From Camelus ferus (Eukaryota), in contig NC_045701.1 of the NCBI RefSeq assembly GCF_009834535.1, forward strand, positions 32,612,001 through 32,676,000: a stretch of 64,000 bases of DNA, written 5' to 3'. The translations under genes were made by a program, and so were the position numbers. The stretch's first letter is position 1. The number at the start of each line of letters is the position of its first letter. Below, piece by piece: positions 16,191 to 29,127 of this stretch. The notes beneath the pieces were generated by a model. It had not been told where the DNA came from. It ran no database searches and saw nothing but the letters and a program-made list of their open reading frames with translations.

Positions 16191-16878
16191 ACATAGTGAG
16201 GGCTGGCTTGGCTGGGCCTAATGGTGAGTGCTGTTGGCATTCAGGGATGGGAGAGATTGTGAGGCTTGGACCAGTTTAGGAAGGTTTCCTGATGGAGCCT
16301 TCATGGGTTCAAAGTGGCCACTGAATGTGTATGTGTGAGTGAGTGTCTGCAATGTATTTGTGAGAAGTGTGTGTCCATGTGGCAAGTGTATGTTTAATAC
16401 ACACATCTAGGTAAGAAAAGATGGCTTTAAACTCTTCATATTTCTTCCATAGCTTTATCAGGCTGGAAATATGTGTAAAGTGCCCACTCTGTATTCTATC
16501 CTTTCCTAGGCTCTGTAACAAGTTACAGGGAAAAAGAGACTCTTGTCCTGGCCATCGGTACTCGCAGTCCCAGTGAGGAAAGAGCCACACTGGTTGATGG
16601 TTATCTTTGTTCCAGGCACTGTGTCAAGAGCTTTGCACACACACAGGATTACGCGTGGGAGTCAGTAAGCAGACTGGTTACAAACATGGACTCTGCGGTC
16701 TGACTGCCTGGGTGGCAATCCTGACTTTGCCATTTATTAGCTGTGTGCCCTGGGGCAAAGTACCTAACCTTTGTGTTGAGTTTCTTCTGTATCTCAATTT
16801 CTTCAACAATAGCATAGGAAAAATAATGTTACCTACCTGCTATGGTTGAAGTGAAGATTCAGTTTAAAAATCTACATG

Positions 16879-16985
16879 GGGGGAGGGATATAGCTCAGTG
16901 GTAGAGCGCATGCTTAGCATGCATGAGGTCCTGAGTTCAATCCCCAGTACCTCCAATTAAAAAAAAATTAAAACTTTTTTTAAAA
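16879..16985 (+). mobile_element. tRNA-Ala-derived SINE (vic-1-like) inserted in a MIR (MIR about 16680-17060)
   Basis: A box TAGCTCAGTGG, B box GAGTTCAATCC, A-rich tail, 13-bp target-site duplications at 16866-16878 and 16990-17002. Confidence 0.85.
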
Positions 16986-17765
16986 GAAAAAAAATCTATG
17001 TGAAGTGCTTAGGACACAGCCTGCACTGAATAAGTGCTCAGTAAATAGTAATAGTGGTAATTTTTTAATTTTCATGACAAATATGCCAGGAAATGGAGGC
17101 TCAGAAAGGCTAAGTAACTTGGTAAGCACCAACCATGTAGTAAGTGGCCAAAACGGACATGTGTGTGATCTGGTCCAGCCCTCCCCCCACCTCATCAACT
17201 GCTTTGTTTTTGGTTACCATCTGCTCTTGCTTCCTGCTCTATAACCACTCACATGAACACCCAGATTCCTGGGAACACAGGTGCCCACAGGTGCAGATTT
17301 GCCAGGTACAGTCTTACATCACAATCAACAAGGGTGGAGGAAAGGGGGTGGAGGAAGGCTGAAGTTGGCATGACATATTTTCTAGTGATTAACAATCTTG
17401 AAACTGGGAAGTCTGAGTCAAGCAGGTTTAAGAGAGGAAGTGAGTCTCAAGTCTGCTTCCAAGAGGGCGGGGCCTGGTTTTGGAAGGAGGGCAGGAAGGG
17501 CATTTCAGATGTGTGCTGTGACAGGAAGGTGGGGGAGAGAAAGCCAAACAGACTTAGCTGGCTGGCAGACAGAAACTGAACCAGGTGCCTTTGGAGATAA
17601 GGGCAGTGGAGCCAGTGACAGCCCTCTTGCTTTAAGGCAAAAGGAGCTGTCAGGAGTTATTTTTGGCCTCCTGTGTGGGGTAAGTGGGATCCGTACAGGT
17701 GTCTGAGGGCCACAATCTGAATTATGTTTGAGGAAGAGATTTTACTGCCTTATTTTTAGGTTTAC

Positions 17766-17894
17766 TTTTTTTGGGGGGGGGAAGGTAATTCAGGGTTTAT
17801 TTATTTATTTATTTCTAGAGAAGGTACTGAGGATTGAGCCCAGGACCTTGGGCGTGCTGAGCATGTGCTCTACCACTTAAGCTGTACCCTCCCC
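17766..17894 (-). mobile_element. vic-1-like SINE, long-tailed form
   Basis: Minus strand GGGGAGGGTACAGCTTAAGTGGTAGAGC... followed by a (TAAA)n and C-rich tail. Confidence 0.85.
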
Positions 17895-18199
17895 TCTTGC
17901 TACCTTGTACGTAGAGAAAAGAATAAGCAATAACTGAGGACCAACTGAGGCCCAGACATCTTATCTGATATACTCAGTACCGCTGTGAAGTAAGTATGAT
18001 TATTTGACAATGAGGAAACAATGACGACAGAGGGTTCACAGAGGTTAAGTGCCTTGCTCAAGGTCACACAGCTGAGAGGGAACACAGCCAGTGAAACCCA
18101 GTCCCCCTAAAATCAAATTCCCTCGCCAAGTTTATGATTAATCTCTATCCAAAACTTTATTGCCTTTCTCGTGCCCTCTGACCTCAGTCCTGTGCTAAT

Positions 18200-18620
18200 T
18201 GAACACCGATCAACCAGAGTCAGATGACTAAGATTGCTGTTGTCTATGACATTGTTAATGTACTAAAACCGCTATTATAGATGGCATCATTCATGGACAA
18301 ACTCAGGCTGTTTCTCCAGGGCAAGAAGAGCTAACAGACCCCCCCAAGTCATGGACCTCCTGGCCAGAGAACCAGGAACCAGAGATATTCTGACTCCCAA
18401 AACTACAATTAAGAAAGGTCACAAATGTCACAAGATGATGACTAATCCCAGCTTTTTTTGTTCTTCCTCTTTAAAAACCCTCAAATTGAAAGACCAAATT
18501 GGAGTTGATCTGAGGCTTTTCTCCCACTCCCTTGCTTGGTGACCTGTGATTAACATTTTGCTGCAAACACCCAATGTCAGAGTTTGGTTTTCTGCGTGAT
18601 GGGCCCTTCACTCGGTTTCA
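18200..18620 (+). mobile_element. Probable solo ERV LTR
   Basis: LTR-like composition; the end 'ttggttttctgcgtgatgggcccttcactcggtttca' resembles class I LTR termini. The family is not identified and the boundaries are approximate. Confidence 0.45.
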
Positions 18621-18777
18621 CCAGAATTCAAGCCACACCCTGGGTGTCTCCCCACTGCAGAGGTGGAGTGGCCATTGCCAGAGGCTTGAACTTGAGCTTC
18701 CTGATGTCTGGAACTTGGTGTTTCTTAATGCTGACCACCTCTTCCCGGGCCGATCGTTCTCTACTCTCACTCCTCAA

Positions 18778-18808
<31 letters not shown>

Positions 18809-18841
18809 CACGCACACATGCACACATGCACACACACACAC
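18778..18841. repeat. Imperfect (CA)n microsatellite
   Basis: Seen directly, with CG and TG interruptions. Confidence 0.9.
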
Positions 18842-19144
18842 TTACAGTGCCTCTAGGACCCTGAGCCAGTCACAGACCAGAGATGGTTCGGAGAGAGGGA
18901 AGAGACCACGAGTACTGGGTTAGGGCCCCAGTCAAAGCGTGGCCTGGGATCTGGGGACTGGGAGAGTGAGGCGATACCAGAGCTAGTGCTGGACTTGTGC
19001 AGAGTGTGGAAGTACGTGCATTCATTCAATCTTTCGATATTTACTTAGCATCAGAACCAGACCTGAGAGTGTGCTGAATGCCAGGGATATGGTAAGGGAC
19101 CAGAAAGACTTTGTCTCTGTCTTCCTGGAGCTGAGAGTCTAGTG

Positions 19145-19345
19145 TAGCCCTATGCTAGACTAGAACGTTGTGCGATGTGGAAATACTCAATATCTGCACC
19201 ATCCAGTACAGTCACCACTAGCCCCATGTGGCTTCTGAGCGCTTGAAATGCTGGCTAGTGCAATTGAGGAAAAAATTTTTAATGAACTTAAATTTATTTA
19301 AATGTAAATAGTCACGGGGTTAGGGGCTGCATTGGCAGGACAGGT
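19145..19345. mobile_element. MER3-like hAT DNA transposon remnant
   Basis: 'ccactagccccatgtggcttctgagcgcttgaaatg...aaatttatttaaatgtaaatagtcac' matches recalled MER3 consensus. Confidence 0.65.
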
Positions 19346-21399
19346 CTCGTGGGTGAGACAGACATGTCGCCATGTACACTTGAGTCAGGCAGGGGCCCGT
19401 GAGACCCACGGAAGGGGCACCTGACCCAGACTAAGGTCAAGAGGAATTTGTTCTAGAGCTGGTGGTTTGTAATGATTTGCAATTTTTTCCCTTACCCTGA
19501 TGCTTCCTTTTGTTCTTCCTATAAAACTTGTCAATGCAGGGTAACAGGTATACTAGAAGTATGCAAATCATGAGTTACAGCTTTGAGCTCCTATTTTTAA
19601 CTCCCAGCCACAGGCATGGAGAACAGGTTCCAGAAATACAGGGATATCCTCAGGGATATTTAGGTAGAACCTGAAATCCAGATCCATGGCCCCACAGCCT
19701 TGCTAGGGAAGGGGGTGGGATGAGGAGCTGGGGTGAAAGTAGGGCTATTTCTGAGAAACAATAGACTGGGCTTGGTCACAGGTGGGACTGAGATGCAGGA
19801 ATAAAAATGACTTTGACGCAGACCAGCAGGTTGTAAAGCTGAGAGACTTGAGAACTTGTGGTGTCCACAGAGGTCTTGGAACATGGGTGGAGGGAGCAGG
19901 GTTATATGAGAAGGGAAAGGGCTATTTCTGATGTGTTTGGTTTGATGTGGAGATGTCCCAAAGGCAGCAAGAAATACTTGCCTGGAGAGGGGTTGAGAGG
20001 TCAAGGTAGAAGATGTCAGCGTGGGCACAGGATGCCCCGGCAGTAGTTCACCCAGCAGGGAATGGGGACTCCAGGAGGAGGAGATGAGGGACCTAAAACA
20101 AGCTTTAGTAGAGCCATGGTGAGGGCAGGACTGAGGATGTGGGGGAAAGAAGCCTCAATGGGAGAGCGAAGGAAGAAACAGACTATGAAGAGAGGTTCTA
20201 TGACCTTGAAGCCAATATTGATAATGACTAAATGCTTTACAGCCATGATACCAAGAAGCTGAGACTCTTCCCAAAGTCACAGGGCTTGTAAGCAATAGAG
20301 CCTGGTCTCCCACCCAGCTGTGGATTCCGGAGGATACTGTTACTCGTTTTCCCTCCACCTGGCTTGACAAATGTGCTCTGCTGCAGCAAATGCCAAGGTT
20401 AGGGGACAGAGAGAGGGGTGTGGAAATGCTGCGAGACTTTGGGAAGCTGGAGTGTGTGTGCTGGGGGGCCGTCTGGGGAGGGAGTTGCACTGAGGGGAAC
20501 TCAGACATGACAGTCTGGATCATCTTGGGGCTGTGGATCCACAGGGTATCGAGTGAGCAGCGATTAGACATCTGGGGGCACCCAGACACTGGAGGGAAAA
20601 CCAAATGTTGGGAAGTTTGAAGGTCAGTTTCAGTTGTGGAAATGGAGTTGCAAGCGGAAGAGCTGAGCCTGGCACCTGCTCTTCCTGCAGCAGGAAGGGC
20701 AGGGTCGAAGCTTCCCCACACATGAGCAGAAGTGCCCACTTCTTAGCTCTTGCAACGTGGACCCTCCTCTTCTCCTGCTTCATGACCCTCTCTCTAACCC
20801 TGACCACCTCAGAACAGGACATCAGAGCCAGAGAAGGCTTGACAGATCATCTGGTCCCTGCTCATTTCCCAGAGGCCCAAAGATATGTGGTGACGTGAAA
20901 TCACATACACATTGGTGGCAGAGCCAGGGCTGGAAACCAGGTTTCCCAGTGATTATCACAGCGCTTTTGCATCTGTCCAGCTCCATCTCAGAATATGTTT
21001 AGAGACAAAATGGTTAACTGTGGATGGGATGATAGGATAGTAGATATAGTTGTAACTGGTAGGACATTCATCTCTGAATAATGGTGGTTAATGTGTGTTT
21101 GTCAACTTGGAGGGAAGTCCCTAGTGGTGGCACTTTTCAGTGACATGTTGGATGAGCACATAGTCCTAGTCTCATAATTGAAGGTAGCTAACATGTAGCT
21201 GGGAGGACTGCTGGATGATGGGAACCTGGATCTAAACGTAATCTGAGGGCCCAGACTTGACCAGATGGCAGTGAACAGGGGCAGAAGTAGAGTCTGAGTT
21301 TTTGGTCCCCAAATTATCCTCTGCACAAAAGCACGATGTATGGGAGATGGAATAACACCAATGTGTGCAGACGGAGAGATTCTGGTTGGCACAGGGTTG

Positions 21400-21910
21400 G
21401 TAGGAGTCGACCCCGAGATTTGCTTGCCAGAGGCACTGACATGGCTTTGAACTGCATGAGAGAACTTTAGGACCCAGAATGATGGGGTACATAGGCCCCA
21501 GATCTGTGATGGTTAGACCTGTTAGGAGTGTGTGGTCCACTTTAAGAGGGACAAAGACAAACTACGAGGTCCAGAGGGAGAAATCAAGATGGTGAGGAGA
21601 GTCTTTGACCAGAGGACATGGAAATGTTGAACTGGGGGAGAGGACTTAAAGGACAGATGATAGTGGTCTTTAAACTCTTATAGGGCTTCTGGTTGGAACA
21701 GAAGCTATATTGATTCCATTAATCTCGATCCAAAGAACAAAGACCAGTGAGTGGATGTAGACTGGTTATGAGGGAAGACTTTCCTATACTTAAAGCTGTC
21801 TGAAGGTGGAATGGGCCTAAATGAGTGGTGGTCAGCTCACCATCATGGAAGGTAATCAAGCATGTGTTGGCCAACAATTTTGTGAGAATGTGGTAGAGAA
21901 CATTCCAGGA
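21400..21910 (+). mobile_element. L3/CR1 LINE 3' remnant
   Basis: Degenerate peptides HFKRDKDKL..KMVR and GQMIVVFKLL*G resemble the CR1 RT C-terminus (PHFKRDIDKLE..KMVRG; RGDMIxVFKYLKG). Confidence 0.65.
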
Positions 21911-24681
21911 CCAGAATGTTCCCCAAAGTTATAAATGAATCCGACCCCTGGGATAGACCAGGGGCCCAGAATGACTCAAAGCCCAAAAAGATCCTCTACA
22001 GTCACCACTTCTGCATGGTCCTAGGGTCCCTGATGCTTGTTCTAAGTGCTTGGACTTTTTTTCCTCCTCCTTGCTTCCTAGTTCCTTCTGCCAGGCTGGG
22101 GAAATTCCTTGATGGTCAGCAGTGTCACTACGTACCCATAGCTGGAGAAGAGGAGGGATGAGACTGGCCAGTGAGATGGAAGGGCAGGGCCTTAAGGCTG
22201 GGCCCAGAAGACAGAGCCTTAGAGGGAAAGTCCCTGTGATAGCGTATCCAGTCTCTCCCAGGGAGTGGTGTGTGCTGACTCAGGCTGGCATCTCTGGGGG
22301 AAGAGATGTAGGATAAGCAATCAGGAAATGGGGCTGAAAAGCTGGAAAAACTTCTTGAGCCAGACTTAGTCTCTTTTACGGGAGCCAGGTACTCCACGGT
22401 AGTTGGTGAAGTTGACAATGTTGCCTTAAAATTGCCCAGAGCACTGGTGGGGATGGGAACATGGCCAAGAAGCTTGCTGCCTGGCAGGGCCTAGGTGGTA
22501 ACCACTGCTGCACAGCTCCAGGGGGCGCCTTGGGTTTGTGGCATATACAATGTGGGTGGTGCCAGGAGGTAGCAGCCCTGAGATTCTATGCCTGCATGAG
22601 AAACAGAAGCCTTGAAACAAGGTGAGACTGTGAGTGGCTAGGGAAGGAAGGGATGCTCTGGCTGGTAGATGAGGACAGAGGACAGAGGACAGTCCCAGGA
22701 AGGAGGAGTTGCTCGCTTAGGGGAGGACCCAGACCTTACCCCTTTCCTGTCCCATTCGTTCATTCACAGTGACTGAGCGCCCCTGTGGTGGATGCCATGC
22801 TAGGCATCAAGGCCAAACACAAACACATGGAGTTGATGGTCCAGAGCGTGGCTGTCCAGTCAAACTTTCTGGATATTGGAAATAGCGTAGCAGTCAAGTA
22901 ATCCTATAAGCAAATGTGAAATTATAACTCTGCCCTCATGGAGAGGTGTGTGGTGCTGGGTGAGCTCCTCTCGGGGGTGGGCGCAGTTTCCCAGGGAAGT
23001 GAGCTTGGAGCTGGGGCTGCAGGGGTGGGGAGGAGCACCGGCTTGGGGCTCAGTCACACATCTCCTGTGTGTCTCCTCAGCAGCAGCTATGGTGGTGCCT
23101 GCGTTCAGCTCATCCCGTGGGGATGCAAAGCCCCTGCTTCTACTCCCACCATGAACTACCTAAGGAGGCTGGTTTGACTGCTTGTCCCCTCACCTAGCCC
23201 AGTGCCTGCACCATGGCAGTTGCTCAGGAAACATTTCCATCATTCAGCCAGTCAATCACCGAGCAACATTCACTGAGCACCAGTACAGCTTGCCCCACGG
23301 CAATGACCTGGACTGTCAAGGTCCCTGCTGTCACAGAACTTATGCTCAAGCTTGGGGACAGACCCTGTAGAAGCAAATACCCACAAAGATGATTCCATCG
23401 AGTTCTAAGTGCACTGACAAAAATTAAACAGGGTATCAGGATAGAGTTGTTGTTAGTAGTAGGGGTTCCTGGGAAAGGATGAATGAGTGAATGAATGAAT
23501 GGTGAGCCATGGCAGTCAGAGCAAGACTCACTGCACCCCACGGGGCAGGGAGTAGGAGCGGGAGCCTGCACTCTGAGATCCCAGAGCCGGGAGCTCAGGG
23601 TGAGGTGGGGAGGGGTGGTCAGGGGTGGCTGCACTTCAGGCCTCATGGCAGGGCGAGGTGGGGCGGAAGAGGACAGGGAGTGGTGAGGAACCTCAGAATT
23701 TAGCATAAAGGAGAACGCCTGGAATTGCTGACGGGAGCCACACTGTGTCTCTGAGTCCCCTTGGCACCTGACATGACTCAGGCTTGAATTCTGAGGGGGT
23801 GGGGTGGGGCAGTGAGGACCTGGAGTTGAGGTTCAGGGAGCTCGCAGGGTTGGCCAGCCTCCCCAGGGCCTGCTTCCACAGAAGCCCCTAGCGCCCCACT
23901 GCTGGCAGCCCTGCGGGCAGTCTTCTCTCAGATCCCGGTGCCCTGGGCAGGGGGCGGGGAGCTGAGGTGTAGCTGGTGGGGCTGAGCCCACGCAATGGGA
24001 AATGCTCAGGGTGGTGGTTCTGGGAGGGTCAGTCCAGGGGCACAGACACTGCCATTAGCTGGCCCAGCCCACCTGCCTCAGGGAGGGAGGGTGGGGCCCT
24101 CTCCAGTGGGTCCCACTAGGCCTGTGAGGTCAGCCACACCCTGGGTGGCTTGGATACTCTGTCTTGTGTGCAGGGTTCAAAGATTCTCTGAATGTGTGTA
24201 TTGGCAGGGAGGGAAAAGGGGCCAAGACCCAGCCCCTGACCTGGGCCAGGGGTAGGAGGTTGTCAACCTTATCGAGGGGACCAGATGAGGACTTCCATGC
24301 CTCTAATACCAGTCAAGAGCCAAGTGAATGTCACAGGTTTCTCAAAAGGCACAAGAGCAATGGCAGAAGAAACCAGAAGTTTCTCAGAGGTTGAGATGGG
24401 TCTTGTGGGAGGAATTCTGGCAGGTAGAAATGGGGCTGGGGAGGTAGTGGGGAGTGGGTGGCACGTCAGGGACCAGAACAAGTTAAGCAAAAGTGCAGAG
24501 GAATGAAAATGTGGTCAAACTGAGAGAAGGGCAAGTCTGAATTTGGCTAAGGGGATCCTTGGGCTGAGTGAACTTGGCAATGTGTTTACCATTCTGCCCC
24601 ATCCCTGACCCTCTCTGCCAAAAAGAAAAGCTCCTCCCAAACCAAACACCACTACCCCCCGCCCCCCGGCCATATAAGCAG

Positions 24682-24900
24682 CAGAGGCAGCCTGATGCAG
24701 GGGAAAGAGTTCAAACTCTGGAGTTTTATGTCTTTGGTTGAATCCAAATTTCGCTGTAGAGACTTGCAACTCTGGACAAGGACCTCAGCTTTTCTAAGCC
24801 TCAGTTTCCTTCACTGTAAGAGTACTTACTTCACATGGCAGATGAAAAAAGATGATGTCAGACTTAGGCAGAATGTTTAGGTCATTGCTGGCACACACCA
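24682..24900 (+). mobile_element. MIR SINE remnant
   Basis: Starts 'agaggcagcctgatgcaggggaaagag...ctctggagt' and includes the core 'gcctcagtttccttcactgtaa'. Confidence 0.65.
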
Positions 24901-27900
24901 AACACGAATTCTCTCCGCCCCTACAGCACGTGTCTCTGGCTGGCTCAGCTGTGTCAGCGTGATAGCGAAAGCCCAGTCACCTTCCCTCCTCTTGCACCAG
25001 TCCCTGCTGCAGCAGTATCTATTTGTGGAGTTCCAGCTTTGCCTGTTTCTTCTGGAACCACCTCTCCAGGAAGGAAGGGGAGCCAAGGCCTGACCACTGG
25101 GGACAGGAGCATATCTGCTCATACTTCAAACAGAAATGGCACAGAACTGACCCCACTTGCTCCCTCTGCCTCCTTCGTGGATGCCTGGAAGGCTCCTCCA
25201 TTTTAAGGACTTAAGGAAGGGTCCTTTTCTTTCCCAGATTCCCTCATCAAGTTAAGCACCGACAGCCCTGGTACCCTCCTCTTCTGGCACACAGGTCTGG
25301 GCAGGCCCAGTGATCCCTTGACCTTGCTCCCAGCAAGCCTGCACCAGGCCCTGGCTGGAGCTGGCCTGCTCCTGAGCTCCACAGAAGGCAGTGGCATCCA
25401 TTCAGGGAAGGTCCCTTCTATGGCTGTCCTCAGCCCCTGCTCAGTCCTGCCTCTGCAGCTCAACACGGGCCAGGTCAGCTCGGTCAAATGGGAGGTAACT
25501 CTGTGGATGATCCTGAACTGGGGCACCCACGGGGAGGTGTGTGTGTGGGGGGGGGCTGGCTGAGGTGGGCACCTGCATAAGAACCTGGGAAGGGGTGGGG
25601 CCTCTGGGCCCAGGGCTACTCCTTGCTTAGAAGTACTGGACACAAGAGCCAGAACAGGACTCAGAGCCTGGAAAATACAACCCCTTAGCTGGAAAGGGTC
25701 CAGATTTGCACGCAGTCAAATCTCTTCTCTGAACATGCTTGGCTATTTGCTTGCACAGGCATGGGCTCTCTCTGTGGCTACCCAAGAATGTGGTAGCACT
25801 GGCTGCCTCTAAGATGGGGACTGCACATTGGTGGGCAGGGATGGGAAGGGGACTATGCCCTGTCTGCCCTTCTATAATTTTTGGATTCTGAGCCATGTGA
25901 ATGTGTTAACTTCAGCAATGTAAATTAAAAAGTGCTTGTGAAAATCTCTTCTCCATTCCTCCGAGGGCTCCTTTGGGGGATTAAGCATCTTCTGGGGACT
26001 GGCCAAGCCCCTTAATTAGCTGTTGTGGGGGCAGCGGCTGCATCTCAGCCAGCCCGTGTCCCACCAGGGCTGACCTCAGGCAAGTTGGCATCTCTCACAG
26101 CTCCAGCTCATCCTTTCTTTCTGTGCCAGCTGCTGCTTTCATGGTCCCCCATGCCAGTGCAGTCCTGCACTAGCCCACCTCCTTTCCTACTTGTCCCGTC
26201 TGTTGACTGCCTCCTACAATCTCTCCTCAGCCCACACCTCCATGGGCATCACATCCCGGGATACTGGCCAGCCTCCAGGTGGCTCTTCCGATGCCTGCCT
26301 CTCCTCCCTCTGGTCCATCCTCCCCACAGCTCAGCCCCGTTGAGCTTCCTCAAATACAGATCTGTTCTCACTACTCTGCTGTTTAAATCCTCCTGTAGCT
26401 GCCGGTGTTAGTTTTATGCCCAGATTCCCTCAGATACCCTTTTCCATTTTTGTGCATGACGCCCCCTTCAGTGGGCTTTCAAGGTTGACACCTGAGGCTC
26501 TTTTGGAGGGCTGTCCTTGGCCTCCTAAAGCTGCTTCGGGTTGAAGTGTGACTGATGACTGCTCAGAGGTGGTGGTGGGGAATGAAAGCCTGGCTTCCTT
26601 GCCCCAGACCGGGCTACCCTGAGGCCTTACACTCCAAAGTTGTTCCCTGGGCCTCACGGGAAGCCACCCTGCACAGCTGAGCTACAACTCTTGCTTGGCT
26701 TCTCCTCTGCCAACTAGTCTCCCCTGGGAGCTCTTCCTTAAGAGTCATTCAGTGTCTAAGATGAATTCCTTCTTGGAAACCTATCACCCACAATTTAAAT
26801 CTTAATCATTGATCTTTACTCATTTCCTTTCTCCCTAGAAATTTATCCCATATCACATCTACATTTATGCTACACCAACTTCTAGTTGTCTTGCAACACT
26901 CTGTGTCTCAGTACCTGCTCTTTTTTGGTAAGTTAAAAAAAAGTGAAACCTTCCCTCTCCCCCTCCCTCCCCATTCTTTAAGACTCTTATCGGTATCACT
27001 TCTTTCGAGTCTCTAATAGAGCTAGTGGCTTCTCCTGTGCTCTCAGGGTACTGTGTAAACTCACTACAGCACCCAGCTCACCAAACTGCACTATCTTCCA
27101 TGCTGCCTAGCATGGTGGTGGGCAGATGTAGGCATCAAATAGATGTTTCTTTGGATGAATATCGATCCCCTAAATGCCCTAAGGCTCTCCGCTACTGGGT
27201 TTCTCAGATCGTGAATCTCTTCAACCCCCAGTCAGCACTCTGTCCGTGTTTCATGCCCTCAGAGCTCTACTCAGTTGCTTATGTTTCTAAGATTAACCCA
27301 GTCTTGTTGGAGGGAAGCAGGTGGTGACCTGTAAAGAACTCTGCTCCCTCTGGCTTCTTGGGATACCAGGACTGAGGTCGAACTCTGTGTGGTGTGGACT
27401 CCCTGGGCCCGTTTGCTGACTTCTTTCAGTAAGTGGAAGGTCTAGCTTCTAAGGTCTTCCAGGGCTGATATGAAAGTCCTCTGTGCACTGGGGCCTGGTC
27501 TGTCTTGTTCTCTGCTCTCCCAAAGCCAAGAATGGTGCCTGATGCAGAGTATACTCTTAAATATTTGTCAAGAGAAAGAACTGACAACTTCAGTGGCTAC
27601 CTATTGCTTGGTGCTTCATATGTGTTACTTCATTTAATTCTCAAAGAGCAGCCAGGATTTGTGTGCAGATTTGTATGTCTTTGAAGCCTGTGTTCGTCCT
27701 GTGATACCTGATGGCCTTCAGGGGACAAGGCCGTCATAAAAAGATCTGTTCCAATGATGACTTTTACTGATGACCGCGGGAGGCAGGAGGAGATCCTGAG
27801 GCCCTTGTTCTTCTTAAAGCATATACAGCCGCAGGGAATAAGAGGAATTGAGGGTGGTTAGTGGAAGGTGCTGAGAGGGCAGGGAGAAAATCTGATCCCT

Positions 27901-28908
27901 ATGATCTAAATGGGGTACCTGGGCAAATGGTGGAGTTTAGGTGCACAGTTCCAGGCATGTGCTGATAAGCCAGCTCTCTAGATAAAAAAGCTCTGCTTGG
28001 TAGCGTCTGTTGATTTCTTCACTGTGGCTGAATTCAAGCAACCAACATGAAGTCACTGCCTGCAGAGTTGGAAGGGATGCACACAACGAGCTCTCACAAG
28101 CCAGGAGCCGCCCTGCAGCTGGGGGCTGTCCCCAGAAAGCCACAGGAAGATCACAGCTCCTGTAGACCCTACGGGCAGCTCTGGGAAGCCTCAGCTCTCA
28201 CCCCACCTTTTTTGAAGATTAGAAAAGGTCTCTGCCATTCTGGTTTACAGCAGCTACCCCGTTACCTTGGTAGCCACCTAGGCTGCTGGCAAGAAGGCTC
28301 CCTCAGAGTGGCCTTCAGCTCTTCTTTGGATCATACCCCCTGCTGCCTTGCCTTGGACTGGGACAGATCCCCCCAAGCAGGAAAGGCAGCCCTACAGGAT
28401 TCTTGCAATCAGCTCATCAGAAAGCAGTTCACGTGGTGCCTTCCCAAGAGGAAGAATGCGAGTATGTGAGTGCCATTAACTACTCCTCCACCTCTCACTT
28501 GGATTTGGGTAGTACTTTCCTCCTAATTCCAGGAAATCATAAACACCAAGGAATTTGCCCTCCCTGGACTGGGCCTCAGGCAGAGATGAGGCCCAGATAG
28601 AAGTCAGCAGGCATCCCTGAAGAGATGGTGGAGCAAGGGTGGGAAAGCAGTGCGAGGCTGGCGCGTGCCTGCTTCTGGCTGCGAAGGGACACTGCTCCCC
28701 AGCTGGGGTATGGGAAATGGGCCTCACAGCCAAAGGGCAGGTGCCCTGAGATGGACAGCTCTACAGGGAAGAGGAAAGAAGCTTTGTCATGGGGATGCAG
28801 CTCCTTGAGAACCTGACCTGCGTATCGTTAGGTCTTTCTCTCAAGTACTTAGCACCTTGCTGAGCACAGAATCAGCACTCAAATATGAGCTGAAGGAGAA
28901 ATGAGACC

Positions 28909-28914
28909 TTTATT
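28909..28914 (-). terminator. DHRS1 polyadenylation signal AATAAA
   Basis: TTTATT on the + strand, about 215 nt beyond the stop codon. Confidence 0.7.
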
Positions 28915-29127
28915 ACCCCAGAGCATTTTTCAATCCTAAAGCAAAAAGGAAAATGCAGGGGCAAGGAAAACACAAAGAAGGACCTAGAGAGGCCACCAAG
29001 GCTCAGCCAGGACACAGCAGAGGCCTTCTCGTCAAGGGTACGCGGTAGGTAGGTGGAAAAGGACCCTCGTTCCACTGAGATAGGCCAACCACGCAGTCCG
29101 AAGAGGAGCAGAGGTGTGCCAGGAGGG

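Noticed and set aside
16884-16956. Apparent tRNA-Ala(AGC) gene
   Set aside because: The anticodon arm is perfect but the acceptor and T stems have mismatches. It also has an A tail and TSDs, and four related copies occur in the window, so it is a SINE.
24655-24680. GC box plus TATAA suggesting an unannotated promoter
   Set aside because: The downstream sequence is a MIR head with no exon or ORF structure, and short motifs like these are expected by chance.
15000-28900. Hidden gene in the RABGGTA-DHRS1 interval (ORFs of 60-194 aa, e.g. 20155-20739)
   Set aside because: No recognisable domains or consistent exon chain. Much of the region is L2, MIR, L3, MER3 and LTR debris. A non-coding RNA cannot be excluded from sequence alone.
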